Shown here: in pieces, positions 13,355 to 24,515 of the stretch
How the letters are laid out: each line of letters starts with the position of its first letter
Numbering within the stretch: the stretch's first letter is position 1
NCBI GenBank assembly: GCA_030295235.1
Contig: AP026164.1
Location: 1,054,001-1,118,000 of the forward strand
DNA length: 64,000 nucleotides
Reading direction: 5' to 3'
From: Fistulifera solaris
Lineage: Eukaryota
Notes under the pieces: model-generated
Databases searched by the model: none
Seen by the model: the letters and a program-made list of their open reading frames with translations, nothing else
What the model was told of the DNA's origin: nothing
Made by a program: the position numbers and the translations under genes

Positions 13355-14281
13355 AAACACCACACCCCCATATTTTCTGGGTACGTGAAAACACCACACG
13401 CCCAAATTTTCTGGGTACGTGAAAACATTACATTCCCATATTTTCTGGGTACGTGAAAACACCACACGCCCAAATTTTCTGGGTACGTGAAAGCACCACA
13501 CACCCATATTTTCTGGGTACGTGAAAACACCACACGCCGAAATTTTCTGGGTACGTAAAACATTACATTCCCATATTTTCGGGGTACGTGAAAACACCAC
13601 ACCCCATATTTTCCGGGTACGTAAAACTACCACACCCCCATATTTTCCGGGTACGTGAAAACCACACCCCATATTTTCCGGGTACGTGAAAACACCAATC
13701 GCCCATATTTTCTGGGTACGTGAAAACACCACACGCCCAAATTTTCTGGGTACGGGAAAACACCACGCACCCATATTTTCTGGGTACGTGAAAACACCAC
13801 ACGCCCAAATTTTCTGGGTACGTGAAAGCACCACACACCCATATTTTCTGGGTACGTGAAAACACCACACGCCGAAATTTTCTGGGTACGTAAAACATTA
13901 CATTCCCATATTTTCGGGGTACGTGAAAACACCACACCCCCATATTTTCCGGGTACGTAAAACTACCACACCCCCATATTTTCCGGGTACGTGAAAAACC
14001 ACACCCCCATATTTTCCGGGTACGTGAAAACACCAATCGCCCATATTTTCTGGGTACGTGAAAACACCACACGCCCAAATTTTCTGGGTACGGGAAAACA
14101 CCACGCACCCATATTTTCTGGGTACGTGAAAACACCACACCCCATATTTTCCGGGTACGTGAAAAACCACACGCCCATATTTTCCGGGTACGTGAAAACA
14201 CCAATCGCCCATATTTTCTGGGTACGTGAAAACACCACACTCTCAAATTTTCTGGGTACGTGAAATCACCACACGCCCATA
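13355..14281. repeat. 34-bp minisatellite array, copy 1 (~27 units plus a partial unit; consensus TGAAAACACCACACGCCCATATTTTCTGGGTACG)
   Basis: Direct read of 31-34 bp units sharing an ATTTTC(T/C/G)GGGTACG core. Confidence 0.97.
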
Positions 14282-14354
14282 CCAATAAAAGATATGCGGT
14301 GACGGCCGCCTGTTGTGAGTTGTGATAGGCGGAAAAGTTTACTGAATACTAGTA

Positions 14355-14545
14355 AATCCCCAGATTTTCTGGGGAGGTGGCAAAAGCAGACAACCAGATT
14401 TTTTGGGCACTTCTTAACACCACATCCCCATATTTTCTGGTTACGTGAAAACACCAGATTCCCAGGCTTTCTGGAGACACGTAAAGAACCACACCCCCAG
14501 ATATTCTGGGGGATTGACAGTCCCAGATTTTCTGGGGACGTGACA
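14355..14545. repeat. Degenerate tail of the 34-bp satellite (~5-6 decayed units); also present in copies 2 and 3
   Basis: Recurrent CCCAGATTTTCTGGG / CCCATATTTTCTGG cores and ACGTGAAAACACC. Confidence 0.75.
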
Positions 14546-14678
14546 CGTGCGAATACACAGTAGCAAGTTATTGCCGTGATGGCGGATACCGGTAGATGAT
14601 GAATGATGATTGATGATTGATGATCAAGATAAATAAAAGAAAGTCGCTCTTATTAATATCCTTTCCATCAATCTGTAC

Positions 14679-15521
14679 ATGAATATTCTTCACGGAAGAA
14701 AAGCATTGCAAAACTTTCTGCAATCACAAAAAGCCCACTTCGGAGCAGCTCCAATTTTAATAGTTGAAAGCAAGCCACTCAATGGAGTCGAGAACAAGCA
14801 AGTCGATGAAGTCTGTCGATGGACTCGTTTCGTCTTGCAGCAGCAACTGGGATTCCGTACGGTAGTTTATCATTCACAACACTTGTTTCCAACCTTGTCG
14901 GATCAGCAACAAGCCTTCGAAATGGCATCGCGTGTGGGTGCATCGACAGTCGCGGCGGTCGGTTCCGGGAGTGCGGTGGATCTAGGGAAAAGCATGTCGT
15001 GGGCGGAAGATCGGATATTGATGCCCGCGACACCCACTGCGATTCTGGCGGCCGGATCATCTCATTCGCTCATTTATGATTTGGCGGAAGATACGCTTGT
15101 ACCAATAGAACAAAAGAGAGGAGGAACGATTGCTTTGATGCATTCCAAGACAGATCAAGTGCAGGAGGCGCTGTATGCGTGTCTGGCGATCGCGATTGAC
15201 AACTTCGTTCAGGGAACCAGCAGAGATTCTACTTTTGCAGATGATGTGCTGAGGATGATCAAGGAAAAGACATCGAAGGTGGAAGATGCGGAGGATTTGC
15301 TTATTCGAAGTGGTCAATCATTACGTTACGGTCTAGACGAAAACAATCGCTCCATCCCGTTAGCGATTGTTTCCAGTCTGTCACAAACGAGCTATCAAGC
15401 TATTCTGCTATGGGTGTCATGGCCAGTTTAGTTCCATCTTTGGTAAACGTACTTCCAGACAAGTACTCCTTCGACTTTGACAAGGAATTGCTAGACGCAG
15501 CTCCTCGAGCAATCACATCGT
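14679..15521 (+). pseudogene. Fe-ADH-like gene copy 1, 3'-truncated at the duplication junction
   Basis: Nearly identical to 21315-22157; -1 T near 15378; runs into antisense XAP5 sequence after 15522. Confidence 0.7.
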
Positions 15522-16492
15522 TAAGATATGTTTATTGCGTTCATACCAACGCCGCTCGGCAACTTTACCCGGGTGACTCTCATCTTTTTCAACTCTTGAA
15601 TCAATTGCACCGATTCGAACATCATCGTGAACGTCAAAATGGAATAGCGGCCCCGACTTGCCCCGTGCTTTGGTTGCGATCAGATCGTAGAAGGTCATAT
15701 CCTGAGGAATAATCAAATCTTCTTTGACGTAGATCAACGCGTCCGCCGAGATGTTGGCCAGCTCCTTAAACTCTTTGGCAAGATCTAGTCGTACTTGCTC
15801 TAAAAAGTCCCCAATCGTATCGCCCTTTTTACACACGACGTTTCGACGATGGCCGGATCCGTCCCAATAACTATAAATAATTTCCAATTGTTGTTGCTTC
15901 ATAGCCTCTTGCTTTTCTTTCCACTCTTGCTCCAAACGTTTCTTTTCCTTCTCAGCTTCTTCTTCGCGGTGCTTGTCAGGTAAGAAAGATGTGTCGACGG
16001 ACGGATCTTTCTTGACGAGCCTTGTCGGCGGCTCGGCATTGTCGTCACAGTTCTTATCATCATCATCATCATCATCGTCATCAAACTCCTGTCCGAACGA
16101 CAGCGTAGATAACATCTTTTTCTTTAAGTTCTTCTTTTTCTTTTGCTCTTTCTTCGTTTTCTTCTCGCGTAATTCCGCTCCTCCTCCGTTTCCGTGACTA
16201 ACTCCTTCTCGACGGGTTGATTGCGTTTCTCTTCGATGGCCTTGAATTCTTCCGCCGAAAGCAAACCAATCGTTTCTACCGCCGTATCTTTTGTCGTCCC
16301 TCCCGCAAACTTGGCATCCAAAAGAGCGGGGCCTCTCTGAGAATTACTAATTTGTTGTTTCCGGGCCAGAAAAGCTTCTTGATCGAGCTGCCGCTTGCGT
16401 TCGAATTGGGCGGCCCGACTTCCGGCGATATTACCTTCGACGGTACGGATCCCTGCATCTGGGCGTTTGAAATTGGCTTGGAAGTCTCCCAT
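15513..16492 (-). pseudogene. XAP5: XAP5 copy 2, lacking the final exon (ends HILTM*), plus a -1 indel near 16172
   Basis: ORFs 16124-16492 and 15513-16115 match XAP5 copy 1 up to the junction. Confidence 0.85.
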
Positions 16493-16666
16493 GTGCCTTT
16501 GTTGATGTTGAAGATAGGCAAAATTTGGGAGTCAAGAAAATAGTTTGACACGATTTGTTCCCTTGTCGCCAGTGCAAGAATAAAAGACAACCACTCCATG
16601 CTGGTGGACCTGGCAGACGCCGAAAGCCGTCTTTCTCAATAAATTTTCGCGTTTCGTCGTTCGCAC

Positions 16667-17595
16667 AAACACCACACCCCCATATTTTCTGGGTACGTGA
16701 AAACACCACACGCCCAAATTTTCTGGGTACGTGAAAACATTACATTCCCATATTTTCTGGGTACGTGAAAACACCACACGCCCAAATTTTCTGGGTACGT
16801 GAAAGCACCACACACCCATATTTTCTGGGTACGTGAAAACACCACACGCCGAAATTTTCTGGGTACGTAAAACATTACATTCCCATATTTTCGGGGTACG
16901 TGAAAACACCACACCCCCATATTTTCCGGGTACGTAAAACTACCACACCCCCATATTTTCCGGGTACGTGAAAACCACACCCCATATTTTCCGGGTACGT
17001 GAAAACACCAATCGCCCATATTTTCTGGGTACGTGAAAACACCACACGCCCAAATTTTCTGGGTACGGGAAAACACCACGCACCCATATTTTCTGGGTAC
17101 GTGAAAACACCACACGCCCAAATTTTCTGGGTACGTGAAAGCACCACACACCCATATTTTCTGGGTACGTGAAAACACCACACGCCGAAATTTTCTGGGT
17201 ACGTAAAACATTACATTCCCATATTTTCGGGGTACGTGAAAACACCACACCCCCATATTTTCCGGGTACGTAAAACTACCACACCCCCATATTTTCCGGG
17301 TACGTGAAAAACCACACCCCCATATTTTCCGGGTACGTGAAAACACCAATCGCCCATATTTTCTGGGTACGTGAAAACACCACACGCCCAAATTTTCTGG
17401 GTACGGGAAAACACCACGCACCCATATTTTCTGGGTACGTGAAAACACCACACCCCCATATTTTCCGGGTACGTGAAAAACCACACGCCCATATTTTCCG
17501 GGTACGTGAAAACACCAATCGCCCATATTTTCTGGGTACGTGAAAACACCACACTCTCAAATTTTCTGGGTACGTGAAATCACCACACGCCCATA
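16667..17595. repeat. 34-bp minisatellite array, copy 2 (same unit order as copy 1)
   Basis: Direct read of the units. Confidence 0.97.
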
Positions 17596-17992
17596 CCAAT
17601 AAAAGATATGCGGTGACGGCCGCCTGTTGTGAGTTGTGATAGGCGGAAAAGTTTACTGAATACTAGTAAATCCCCAGATTTTCTGGGGAGGTGGCAAAAG
17701 CAGACAACCAGATTTTTTGGGCACTTCTTAACACCACATCCCCATATTTTCTGGTTACGTGAAAACACCAGATTCCCAGGCTTTCTGGAGACACGTAAAG
17801 AACCACACCCCCAGATATTCTGGGGGATTGACAGTCCCAGATTTTCTGGGGACGTGACACGTGCGAATACACAGTAGCAAGTTATTGCCGTGATGGCGGA
17901 TACCGGTAGATGATGAATGATGATTGATGATTGATGATCAAGATAAATAAAAGAAAGTCGCTCTTATTAATATCCTTTCCATCAATCTGTAC

Positions 17993-19026
17993 ATGAATAT
18001 TCTTCACGGAAGAAAAGCATTGCAAAACTTTCTGCAATCACAAAAGCCCACTTCGGAGCAGCTCCAATTTTAATAGTTGAAAGCAAGCCACTCAATGGAG
18101 TCGAGAACAAGCAAGTCGATGAAGTCTGTCGATGGACTCGTTTCGTCTTGCAGCAGCAACTGGGATTCCGTACGGTAGTTTATCATTCACAACACTTGTT
18201 TCCAACCTTGTCGGATCAGCAACAAGCCTTCGAAATGGCATCGCGTGTGGGTGCATCGACAGTCGCGGCGGTCGGTTCCGGGAGTGCGATGGATCTAGGG
18301 AAAAGCATGTCGTGGGCGGAAGATCGGATATTGATGCCCGCGACACCCACTGCGATTCTGGCGGCCGGATCATCTCATTCGCTCATTTATGATTTGGCGG
18401 AAGATACGCTTGTACCAATAGAACAAAAGAGAGGAGGAACGATTGCTTTGATGCATTCCAAGACAGATCAAGTGCAGGAGGCGCTGTATGCGTGTCTGGC
18501 GATCGCGATTGACAACTTCGTTCAGGGAACCAGCAGAGATTCTACTTTTGCAGATGATGTGCTGAGGATGATCAAGGAAAAGACATCGAAGGTGGAAGAT
18601 GCGGAGGATTTGCTTATTCGAAGTGGTCAATCATTACGTTACGGTCTAGACGAAAACAATCGCTCCATCCCGTTAGCGATTGTTTCCAGTCTTGTCACAA
18701 ACGAGCTATCAAGCTATTCTGCTATGGGTGTCATGGCCAGTTTAGTTCCATCTTTGGTAAACGTACTTCCAGACAAGTACTCCTTCGACTTTGACAAGGA
18801 ATTGCTAGACGCAGCTCCTCGAGCAATCACATCGTTAAGATATGTTTATTGCGTTCATACCAACGCCGCTCGGCAACTTTACCCGGGTGACTCTCATCTT
18901 TTTCAACTCTTGAATCAATTGCACCGATTCGAACATCATCGTGAACGTCAAAATGGAATAGCGGCCCCGACTTGCCCCGTGCTTTGGTTGCGATCAGATC
19001 GTAGAAGGTCATATCCTGAGGAATAA
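17993..19026 (+). pseudogene. Fe-ADH-like gene copy 2, 3'-truncated and fused in frame to an antisense-XAP5-derived tail
   Basis: ORF 18148-19026 ends ...[13 protein letters not shown]...SYPEE*; -1 A near 18043 relative to copy 1. Confidence 0.7.
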
Positions 19027-19814
19027 TCAAATCTTCTTTGACGTAGATCAACGCGTCCGCCGAGATGTTGGCCAGCTCCTTAAACTCTTTGGCAAGATCT
19101 AGTCGTACTTGCTCTAAAAAAGTCCCCAATCGTATCGCCCTTTTTACACACGACGTTTCGACGATGGCCGGATCCGTCCCAATAACTATAAATAATTTCC
19201 AATTGTTGTTGCTTCATAGCCTCTTGCTTTTCTTTCCACTCTTGCTCCAAACGTTTCTTTTCCTTCTCAGCTTCTTCTTCGCGGTGCTTGTCAGGTAAGA
19301 AAGATGTGTCGACGGACGGATCTTTCTTGACGAGCCTTGTCGGCGGCTCGGCATTGTCGTCACAGTTCTTATCATCATCATCATCATCATCATCATCGTC
19401 ATCAAACTCCTGTCCGAACGACAGCGTAGATAACATCTTTTTCTTTAAGTTCTTCTTTTTCTTTTGCTCTTTCTTCGTTTTCTTCTCGCGTAATTTCCGC
19501 TCCTCCTCCGTTTCCGTGACTAACTCCTTCTCGACGGGTTGATTGCGTTTCTCTTCGATGGCCTTGAATTCTTCCGCCGAAAGCAAACCAATCGTTTCTA
19601 CCGCCGTATCTTTTGTCGTCCCTCCCGCAAACTTGGCATCCAAAAGAGCGGGGCCTCTCTGAGAATTACTAATTTGTTGTTTCCGGGCCAGAAAAGCTTC
19701 TTGATCGAGCTGCCGCTTGCGTTCGAATTGGGCGGCCCGACTTCCGGCGATATTACCTTCGACGGTACGGATCCCTGCATCTGGGCGTTTGAAATTGGCT
19801 TGGAAGTCTCCCAT
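18827..19814 (-). pseudogene. XAP5: XAP5 copy 3, lacking the final exon (ends HILTM*), plus a +1 A near 19118
   Basis: ORFs 19080-19814 and 18827-19129. Confidence 0.85.
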
Positions 19815-19988
19815 GTGCCTTTGTTGATGTTGAAGATAGGCAAAATTTGGGAGTCAAGAAAATAGTTTGACACGATTTGTTCCCTTGTCGCCAGTGCAAG
19901 AATAAAAGACAACCACTCCATGCTGGTGGACCTGGCAGACGCCGAAAGCCGTCTTTCTCAATAAATTTTCGCGTTTCGTCGTTCGCAC

Positions 19989-20917
19989 AAACACCACACC
20001 CCCATATTTTCTGGGTACGTGAAAACACCACACGCCCAAATTTTCTGGGTACGTGAAAACATTACATTCCCATATTTTCTGGGTACGTGAAAACACCACA
20101 CGCCCAAATTTTCTGGGTACGTGAAAGCACCACACACCCATATTTTCTGGGTACGTGAAAACACCACACGCCGAAATTTTCTGGGTACGTAAAACATTAC
20201 ATTCCCATATTTTCGGGGTACGTGAAAACACCACACCCCCATATTTTCCGGGTACGTAAAACTACCACACCCCCATATTTTCCGGGTACGTGAAAAACCA
20301 CACCCCCATATTTTCCGGGTACGTGAAAACACCAATCGCCCATATTTTCTGGGTACGTGAAAACACCACACGCCCAAATTTTCTGGGTACGGGAAAACAC
20401 CACGCACCCATATTTTCTGGGTACGTGAAAACACCACACCCCCATATTTTCCGGGTACGTGAAAAACCACACGCCCATATTTTCTGGGTACGTGAAAACA
20501 CCACACGCCGAAATTTTCTGGGTACGTAAAACATTACATTCCCATATTTTCGGGGTACGTGAAAACACCACACCCCCATATTTTCCGGGTACGTAAAACT
20601 ACCACACCCCCATATTTTCCGGGTACGTGAAAAACCACACCCCCATATTTTCCGGGTACGTGAAAACACCAATCGCCCATATTTTCTGGGTACGTGAAAA
20701 CACCACACGCCCAAATTTTCTGGGTACGGGAAAACACCACGCACCCATATTTTCTGGGTACGTGAAAACACCACACCCCCATATTTTCCGGGTACGTGAA
20801 AACCACACGCCCATATTTTCCGGGTACGTGAAAACACCAATCGCCCATATTTTCTGGGTACGTGAAAACACCACACTCTCAAATTTTCTGGGTACGTGAA
20901 ATCACCACACGCCCATA
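19989..20917. repeat. 34-bp minisatellite array, copy 3 (units 14-15 differ from copies 1 and 2)
   Basis: Direct read of the units. Confidence 0.97.
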
Positions 20918-21314
20918 CCAATAAAAGATATGCGGTGACGGCCGCCTGTTGTGAGTTGTGATAGGCGGAAAAGTTTACTGAATACTAGTAAATCCCCAGA
21001 TTTTCTGGGGAGGTGGCAAAAGCAGACAACCAGATTTTTTGGGCACTTCTTAACACCACATCCCCATATTTTCTGGTTACGTGAAAACACCAGATTCCCA
21101 GGCTTTCTGGAGACACGTAAAGAACCACACCCCCAGATATTCTGGGGGATTGACAGTCCCAGATTTTCTGGGGACGTGACACGTGCGAATACACAGTAGC
21201 AAGTTATTGCCGTGATGGCGGATACCGGTAGATGATGAATGATGATTGATGATTGATGATCAAGATAAATAAAAGAAAGTCGCTCTTATTAATATCCTTT
21301 CCATCAATCTGTAC

Positions 21315-22273
21315 ATGAATATTCTTCACGGAAGAAAAGCATTGCAAAACTTTCTGCAATCACAAAAGCCCACTTCGGAGCAGCTCCAATTTTAATAGTT
21401 GAAAGCAAGCCACTCAATGGAGTCGAGAACAAGCAAGTCGATGAAGTCTGTCGATGGACTCGTTTCGTCTTGCAGCAGCAACTGGGATTCCGTACGGTAG
21501 TTTATCATTCACAACACTTGTTTCCAACCTTGTCGGATCAGCAACAAGCCTTCGAAATGGCATCGCGTGTGGGTGCATCGACAGTCGCGGCGGTCGGTTC
21601 CGGGAGTGCGATGGATCTAGGGAAAAGCATGTCGTGGGCGGAAGATCGGATATTGATGCCCGCGACACCCACTGCGATTCTGGCGGCCGGATCATCTCAT
21701 TCGCTCATTTATGATTTGGCGGAAGATACGCTTGTACCAATAGAACAAAAGAGAGGAGGAACGATTGCTTTGATGCATTCCAAGACAGATCAAGTGCAGG
21801 AGGCGCTGTATGCGTGTCTGGCGATCGCGATTGACAACTTCGTTCAGGGAACCAGCAGAGATTCTACTTTTGCAGATGATGTGCTGAGGATGATCAAGGA
21901 AAAGACATCGAAGGTGGAAGATGCGGAGGATTTGCTTATTCGAAGTGGTCAATCATTACGTTACGGTCTAGACGAAAACAATCGCTCCATCCCGTTAGCG
22001 ATTGTTTCCAGTCTTGTCACAAACGAGCTATCAAGCTATTCTGCTATGGGTGTCATGGCCAGTTTAGTTCCATCTTTGGTAAACGTACTTCCAGACAAGT
22101 ACTCCTTCGACTTTGACAAGGAATTGCTAGACGCAGCTCCTCGAGCAATCACATCGTCTTCAATCGAATCATTATTGGCGCACATTCGTGACAATCAAGG
22201 CGCGACGGGATGCTACGACATTTCTGAGGAAAAACTTCGCAAAGTTCTGCAGTTTCACACGGTCAATTCGTGA
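21315..22273 (+). CDS. Iron-containing alcohol dehydrogenase / dehydroquinate-synthase-like superfamily protein (divergent), the only copy with a native 3' end
   Basis: VAAVGSGSAMDLGKS resembles the GGGSxxDxAK motif and ILMPATPT resembles the IPTT motif; apparent -1 A near 21365 relative to copy 1. Confidence 0.6.
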
Positions 22274-22589
22274 AGTTGCAACATTAGGGCAGGTTCATAC
22301 ATCATATGCCTTGCAACAATGTAAATGCCGGTGACTCGCCTCACGGGCTGCTGCTTAGCTACCAGAACCTTGTTTTAAAACGAAGGGTCGTAGAAAATAT
22401 CCAAGACGTGCAATATGCTGGCTCCTGCATGCTATTAGATTATCCAGTCAAACCATTCGCACTGTGGAAATTGGTTCGTCGATTTGTATTGCCGCAATAA
22501 TTAGGCATATAGTTCTGGCTATTTACGTAGCACTAAACATGAAAATTAAAAAAAACATGTAATATAGAGTCCATTATCGAACATCAAAC

Positions 22590-24515
22590 TTATCGAGTTC
22601 GTCGAAGCATGTAATAGGCTGCAAATCGGAACACTACCTGCAAACCAAACACCATGCCAATGTTGAACCAGTAGCTTTCAGTAATACCCGTGATTCCCAT
22701 ATCGGCAATTACATCTTCACCGGGGAGAGGGCATGTACCCACGGGGCCTACCTGAACCGAAACATCATCGCTACAGGGAATATCTCTGCCTTCGAACTCG
22801 TTAATGATAAGAGCAGAGTAGCCATATCGAGCAAACGAGAGCCACGTTGCCCATCGAATACCGACGTGAATGCTTTGCAAAGGGATATAGAATCCTCCCA
22901 TGATCATGAAGAACAAAGTAATGGGAGGAGCGAGGACCAATGCCAGCTGGCCGTTGGGCATGATAATGCTGATAAACAAACCCATACTTTGAGCCGTAGA
23001 GAGCGACATGTAGAAAGCAAGGATAAAACGAACATATGCCAGGGTCGAAACACGAAAGTTGGCAGTCCAATACACGGCCATGCCATACAAAAGAGGGAAC
23101 AAAACATTATTTGTCATGTCCGACATTGTCTTGGCCAAGAAGTAACTTGCCACACCGTACATTTTCTTTGCTCTTTCTCGGCGAAGCAACGCTCGTTCCC
23201 GCTGAAAAACAGTTACTGCGTTGATGACCACACCATTTGCTTGAGCAATAAGCATAAAGAAGAGAAGAGAATTTCTTTCATAGATACGGGCGGTATTGTC
23301 TGGTAAGTGCCACCAAAACAGTGCCGTGAAGAATAGATAAACGAGTTGAAGGATAGCCGCAGTCGTGGTCAACCGTTCCCCTCTCTGTTGCTTTAACGTT
23401 CGTACTGTTAGCAGCTTCAGTTGTGTCCAGAAAGTCACATCATACTTTGGCGCCGACTGCAATTCTTCCAGCGTGCTCAAGCGACGTCCCAGCCTCGATT
23501 GTTCCCTCTGTGTCAGGTCTACACATCCAGTCTTGCTGGAGCAGTCACTCCAATACTTGGCCAAAGTACGCTCGCCCTTTCGCTCATCATCCGTAATAAT
23601 ATCCATCAGCCAGTCGGCAATTCCTGTTTCCGGAGGCAACGGAGCGACGGTAGGGCAACTCTCTAAATAAGCTCTCGCGCTGGAAGGTTTTCCGTCAAAT
23701 ATGGCTCGACCTTTGCTCAACAACAACAAATGATCGAACATGTTGTAAATAGTCGTCCGAGGTTGATGAATCACAACCGCAATAGAATGGCCGAGAGCAG
23801 CTAGATCTTTCAAAGTGGTCATGAGCGAGAGAGCAGTCGTTGCATCCAAACCGGAGGTCGGCTCGTCCAACAAAAGAAGCGACGGCTGCACAACGAGTTC
23901 CACGGCCACGGAAACACGCTTCCGTTCTCCTCCACTTACGCCTCTTACTGCGGAAAGGGGACTCCCTACCAAGCTATCTCGTACATGCAAGAGACCTAAT
24001 TCTTTCATGGTGCTCTCGGTTAATTCTCGTACCTGCGAATCGGGTGTCTCTTGCGATGTTTTCAGACGCGCCGCAAAGTAAATGTTTTCTTCTACCGTTA
24101 AATTCGACAACAGCAAATCATCTTGCCAGACCACGCCCACCAGTCGCTTGGGGATCGACCCTTCCTCTCCGTTTACTGTAATGACGCTGTCGTCGATCAA
24201 ATCGTGTGGCCTCGTCAGAGCAGCAGCCACACTGATTAAACTCGTCTTACCGGAGCCAGAGGGCCCCATCCATGCCGTCAATTGATAGGGAGAGATTTGC
24301 GTGGTAATGTTATGCAAGATGGTCGTGCGCTGTGTTTGCGTTTGATTCGAACCGATCACGGCCGACTTTGTGAACGGAGCGTATGTCACATTTTCCATCC
24401 GGAGCTCGACTTGAGGAACAGATCGCGTCTGTTTGATACTGGAGTGGCGAGATAGATTCTGAGAGCCATCATCCTCATCGTTACGTTCATTTTGAGGCGA
24501 CATCACTGCTGTCAT
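22590..24515 (-). CDS. ABCG: ABCG (White-type) half transporter
   Basis: Walker A GPSGSGKT, signature VSGGERKR, Walker B LLLDEPTSGLD, IHQP, then a C-terminal ABC2 membrane domain. Confidence 0.95.
   Translation of the reverse strand: MTAVMSPQNERNDEDDGSQNLSRHSSIKQTRSVPQVELRMENVTYAPFTKSAVIGSNQTQTQRTTILHNITTQISPYQLTAWMGPSGSGKTSLISVAAALTRPHDLIDDSVITVNGEEGSIPKRLVGVVWQDDLLLSNLTVEENIYFAARLKTSQETPDSQVRELTESTMKELGLLHVRDSLVGSPLSAVRGVSGGERKRVSVAVELVVQPSLLLLDEPTSGLDATTALSLMTTLKDLAALGHSIAVVIHQPRTTIYNMFDHLLLLSKGRAIFDGKPSSARAYLESCPTVAPLPPETGIADWLMDIITDDERKGERTLAKYWSDCSSKTGCVDLTQREQSRLGRRLSTLEELQSAPKYDVTFWTQLKLLTVRTLKQQRGERLTTTAAILQLVYLFFTALFWWHLPDNTARIYERNSLLFFMLIAQANGVVINAVTVFQRERALLRRERAKKMYGVASYFLAKTMSDMTNNVLFPLLYGMAVYWTANFRVSTLAYVRFILAFYMSLSTAQSMGLFISIIMPNGQLALVLAPPITLFFMIMGGFYIPLQSIHVGIRWATWLSFARYGYSALIINEFEGRDIPCSDDVSVQVGPVGTCPLPGEDVIADMGITGITESYWFNIGMVFGLQVVFRFAAYYMLRRTR

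Larger units (their letters stand above)
12203..22157. repeat. Tandem triplication of a ~3.32 kb segment (units 12203-15521, 15523-18835, 18837-22157)
   Basis: Three near-identical copies of XAP5 5' part + minisatellite + Fe-ADH-like 5' part. Both junctions read ...CACATCGT-T-AAGATATG... Confidence 0.97.

Noticed and set aside
15521..15524. TTAA at the junctions as a piggyBac target site, or the 3.3-kb unit as a transposon
   Set aside because: No terminal inverted repeats, no transposase, no TTAA at the outer ends; unit ends fall inside ordinary exons
13355..20917. 34-bp arrays as CRISPR arrays
   Set aside because: The variable parts are only ~12 bp, are point-mutation variants of each other and are reused in a higher-order pattern. 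No cas genes; eukaryotic context.
13118..21199. Many repetitive ORFs (VWCFHVPRKYG / VFSRTQKIW / FTYPENMG) over the arrays
   Set aside because: By-product of a 34-bp (non-triplet) unit lacking stops on the minus strand. All three frames give the same peptide cycle and frames are not preserved between copies.
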